Below are positions 14,740-16,664 of a DNA stretch of 16,664 bases, in pieces. How positions within the stretch are numbered: position 1 is the stretch's first letter; each line of letters starts with the position of its first letter. Below the pieces are notes generated by a model. That model searched no databases and had not been told where the DNA came from. It saw only the letters and a program-made list of their open reading frames with translations. The stretch is taken from contig JBDRKP010000020.1 of NCBI GenBank assembly GCA_043813875.1, forward strand, positions 1 through 16,664, written 5' to 3'. The translations under genes and the position numbers were made by a program. The stretch comes from an archaeon (GTDB taxonomy: Archaea; EX4484-52; B79-G9).

Positions 14740-16059
14740 GGGTCTGTAAAAAAATAACTCACAAACTATATATGTACAATGCGACCATATAACATAGTAT
14801 GATTACTTCAGATAAAATTGATATGGTTTGTAAAAAATATTTTCTATTGATGCCGAATTTAAATGAATGTACTCGTCGCCAATGGGCTGCAACTGAAGCA
14901 TTGGCACTGGGTCATGGCGGCATAACCGCAGTGCATAAGGCAACGGGTATTGCCTTAAGCACAATCTGCATTGGATTAAACGAATTAAAAGATACGTCAT
15001 ATGTACTTGGAAATACAATCCCTGGCCATAAACGCGTCCGCAAAAAAGGAGGGGGACGCAAGAAAATATCAGATTATAATCCTGAGTTGATATCTGCTTT
15101 AGATTCACTCGTTGAACCGCATACGCGTGGAGATCCGATGTCTCCACTACGATGGACATGTAAAAGTACGCGAAATCTGGCAAATGAATTGCTTCAACAA
15201 AAATACCGTGTCAGTCATTCTACTGTTGCAAATATACTTCACGAACAAAAATATAGCCTAAAATCAAATAGAAAAACAGATGAAGGAAAATCGCATCCGG
15301 ATCGCAATGCTCAATTTGAATACATTAGCACGAAAGTAAAATCGTTCAATGAAAAAAGGCAACCATCATTATCTGTAGACACAAAAAAGAAAGAACTTAT
15401 CGGAAATTTCAAAAACAACGGAACAGAATGGTTGCCTAAAGGCATATCAACAAACGTCAAGGTATATGATTTTCCTGAAAAGGACGTTGGCAAAGCAGCA
15501 CCATATGGCGTATATGACATTTTGCAAAACAATGGATTTGTGAATGTAGGAATAAGTAACGATACCGCGGCTTTCGCTGTTGAAAGCATACGTCAATGGT
15601 GGTATCAAATAGGTAAACAATCCTATCCGGATGCGAAAGAAATTTTGATTACAGCTGATTGTGGTGGAAGCAATGGATATAGAGTACGATTATGGAAATT
15701 AGAATTACAAAAATTTGCTGATGAACTCGGATTGCCGATATCTGTATCCCATTTTCCTCCAGGAACCAGCAAATGGAATAAGATTGAACACCGTCTTTTT
15801 TCGTTCATCACAAAAAATTGGCGAGGCAAGCCACTCACGGATTATGTTACAATTGTCGAACTTATCGCTGCAACAAAAACGAACAAGGGATTAAAAGTTT
15901 GTTGTAGACTCGACAAAAAGAGCTATCCGAAAGGTATTAAAATTTCAGATGAAGAATTGAATAAAATTAAAATCAAATCGGATGAATTTCATGGGGATTG
16001 GAACTATACGATTATGCCACGAAATATAGAGAGTTTATGAGTTATTTATTTACACTGAC
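14740..16059 (+). mobile_element. ISAzo13-family insertion sequence (1320 bp)
   Basis: The TIRs are GGGTCTGTAAAAAAATAACTCA (left) and, reverse-complemented, GTCAGTGTAAATAAATAACTCA (right), with a 16/17 inner core. A 3-bp TTA duplication lies at 14737-14739 and 16060-16062. Confidence 0.85.
14799..16040 (+). CDS. ISAzo13-family DDE transposase
   Basis: Motifs LNE..RR.WAA.EA..LGHGGI, R..GGGRK, RGDPMSPLRWTCKS, HPDRNAQF, SVDTKKKEL.GNFKN, ITADCGGSNG, HFPPGTSKWNKIEHRLFS and FHGDWNY are present in an intact ORF. Confidence 0.95.
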   Translation: MITSDKIDMVCKKYFLLMPNLNECTRRQWAATEALALGHGGITAVHKATGIALSTICIGLNELKDTSYVLGNTIPGHKRVRKKGGGRKKISDYNPELISALDSLVEPHTRGDPMSPLRWTCKSTRNLANELLQQKYRVSHSTVANILHEQKYSLKSNRKTDEGKSHPDRNAQFEYISTKVKSFNEKRQPSLSVDTKKKELIGNFKNNGTEWLPKGISTNVKVYDFPEKDVGKAAPYGVYDILQNNGFVNVGISNDTAAFAVESIRQWWYQIGKQSYPDAKEILITADCGGSNGYRVRLWKLELQKFADELGLPISVSHFPPGTSKWNKIEHRLFSFITKNWRGKPLTDYVTIVELIAATKTNKGLKVCCRLDKKSYPKGIKISDEELNKIKIKSDEFHGDWNYTIMPRNIESL

Positions 16060-16457
16060 TTAGTTGCGGGTTTTTCAAACAATGATCAATAATATTTATT
16101 CTAAGGCTGCGGCTTTTGGTGCAGTGGAAAAAGAAGATCAAGTGTCTTTTCTAAATGATAATTGGTCGTTGTACCTTCATAATAGTGCTGTACGACTGGT
16201 TGGTGGAAGAGAAACATCCGAGCAACATCACTAACCAGTTACGAATTCTTTTGAATGATATAATGCCGTTATAAATCGCTGCCAGCAGGTCAATTTATTT
16301 TTTTGGAACAATATCACTTTATATAATTTAATTTCTTCATATTAGGTTTAGGGTTGTACACAGATTCTATATTTTTTATCCCGTGCATATCTGAATCTGT
16401 GAAAGGGAGATAAAAACAAAACCAGGAACAAGAGCACTTTCACGGAGAGACGAGGGA

Positions 16458-16664
16458 ATGGATTGGGATAGGCTATTTGGGATTGTGAATGCGGGAGTAG
16501 CATTTTCTGAATTTAGCTCTGTTAGCCTTGGCACTATAGTTGACGTCGTTACCAGCTGGACAAATACCGCCAATAAACCAATAGACGTCAATTATATGGA
16601 AAAGTCATGTCGTCCAAAAAGTTATGACTTTTACTATAGTTTTCCGGAAAGGAATGAAAAAAAT
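16458..16664 (+). CDS. Possible 3'-partial hypothetical ORF running off the window
   Basis: ATG 16458 is preceded by GAGGGA, and the frame is open for 69 codons to the window end (MDWDRLFGIVNAGVAF...). No family was recognised. Confidence 0.25.
   Translation, partial: MDWDRLFGIVNAGVAFSEFSSVSLGTIVDVVTSWTNTANKPIDVNYMEKSCRPKSYDFYYSFPERNEKN

Noticed and set aside
16063..16591. Minus-strand ORF fragments right of the IS, including 16376-16591
   Set aside because: They are short, stop-interrupted and have no recognisable motif. They may be decayed coding DNA but cannot be assigned.
1..16664. CRISPR array, tRNA or rRNA genes, and the remaining antisense or nested ORFs in the track
   Set aside because: No regularly spaced repeat-spacer array or RNA-gene signature was seen. 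The other ORFs overlap well-supported genes and are shadows.

Overview
This looks like an archaeal genomic window, possibly DPANN-like. That assignment is an inference from the GGTG/GAGGTG Shine-Dalgarno motifs, TATA-like boxes close to start codons, an XPB2-Bax1 pair and a PTGF+TM C-terminal anchor. The core is a 9.3-kb co-oriented minus-strand cluster (1112-10449) with two different XPB modules. One is a bacterial-type XPB plus a 713-aa helicase-associated (Helicase_C_3, p52/Tfb2-like) partner. The other is an archaeal XPB2-type helicase translationally coupled to a DUF790/Bax1 nuclease. Four small genes lie between the modules: a SEC-C protein, two hypotheticals, and a gene missing from the ORF track because a 99-bp TA-duplicating MITE splits it. 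The right half is accessory and rearranged. It holds an orphan gene bracketed by 39-bp direct repeats, a second MITE-like element, a YgjP/M48 gene, a UPF0158 gene, and mscS flanked by two N-terminal gene stubs. It also holds a nested REP-doublet-like palindrome with compensatory substitutions and an intact ISAzo13-family IS with TIRs and a TTA target duplication. All family calls come from motif recognition by eye; no database search was run.
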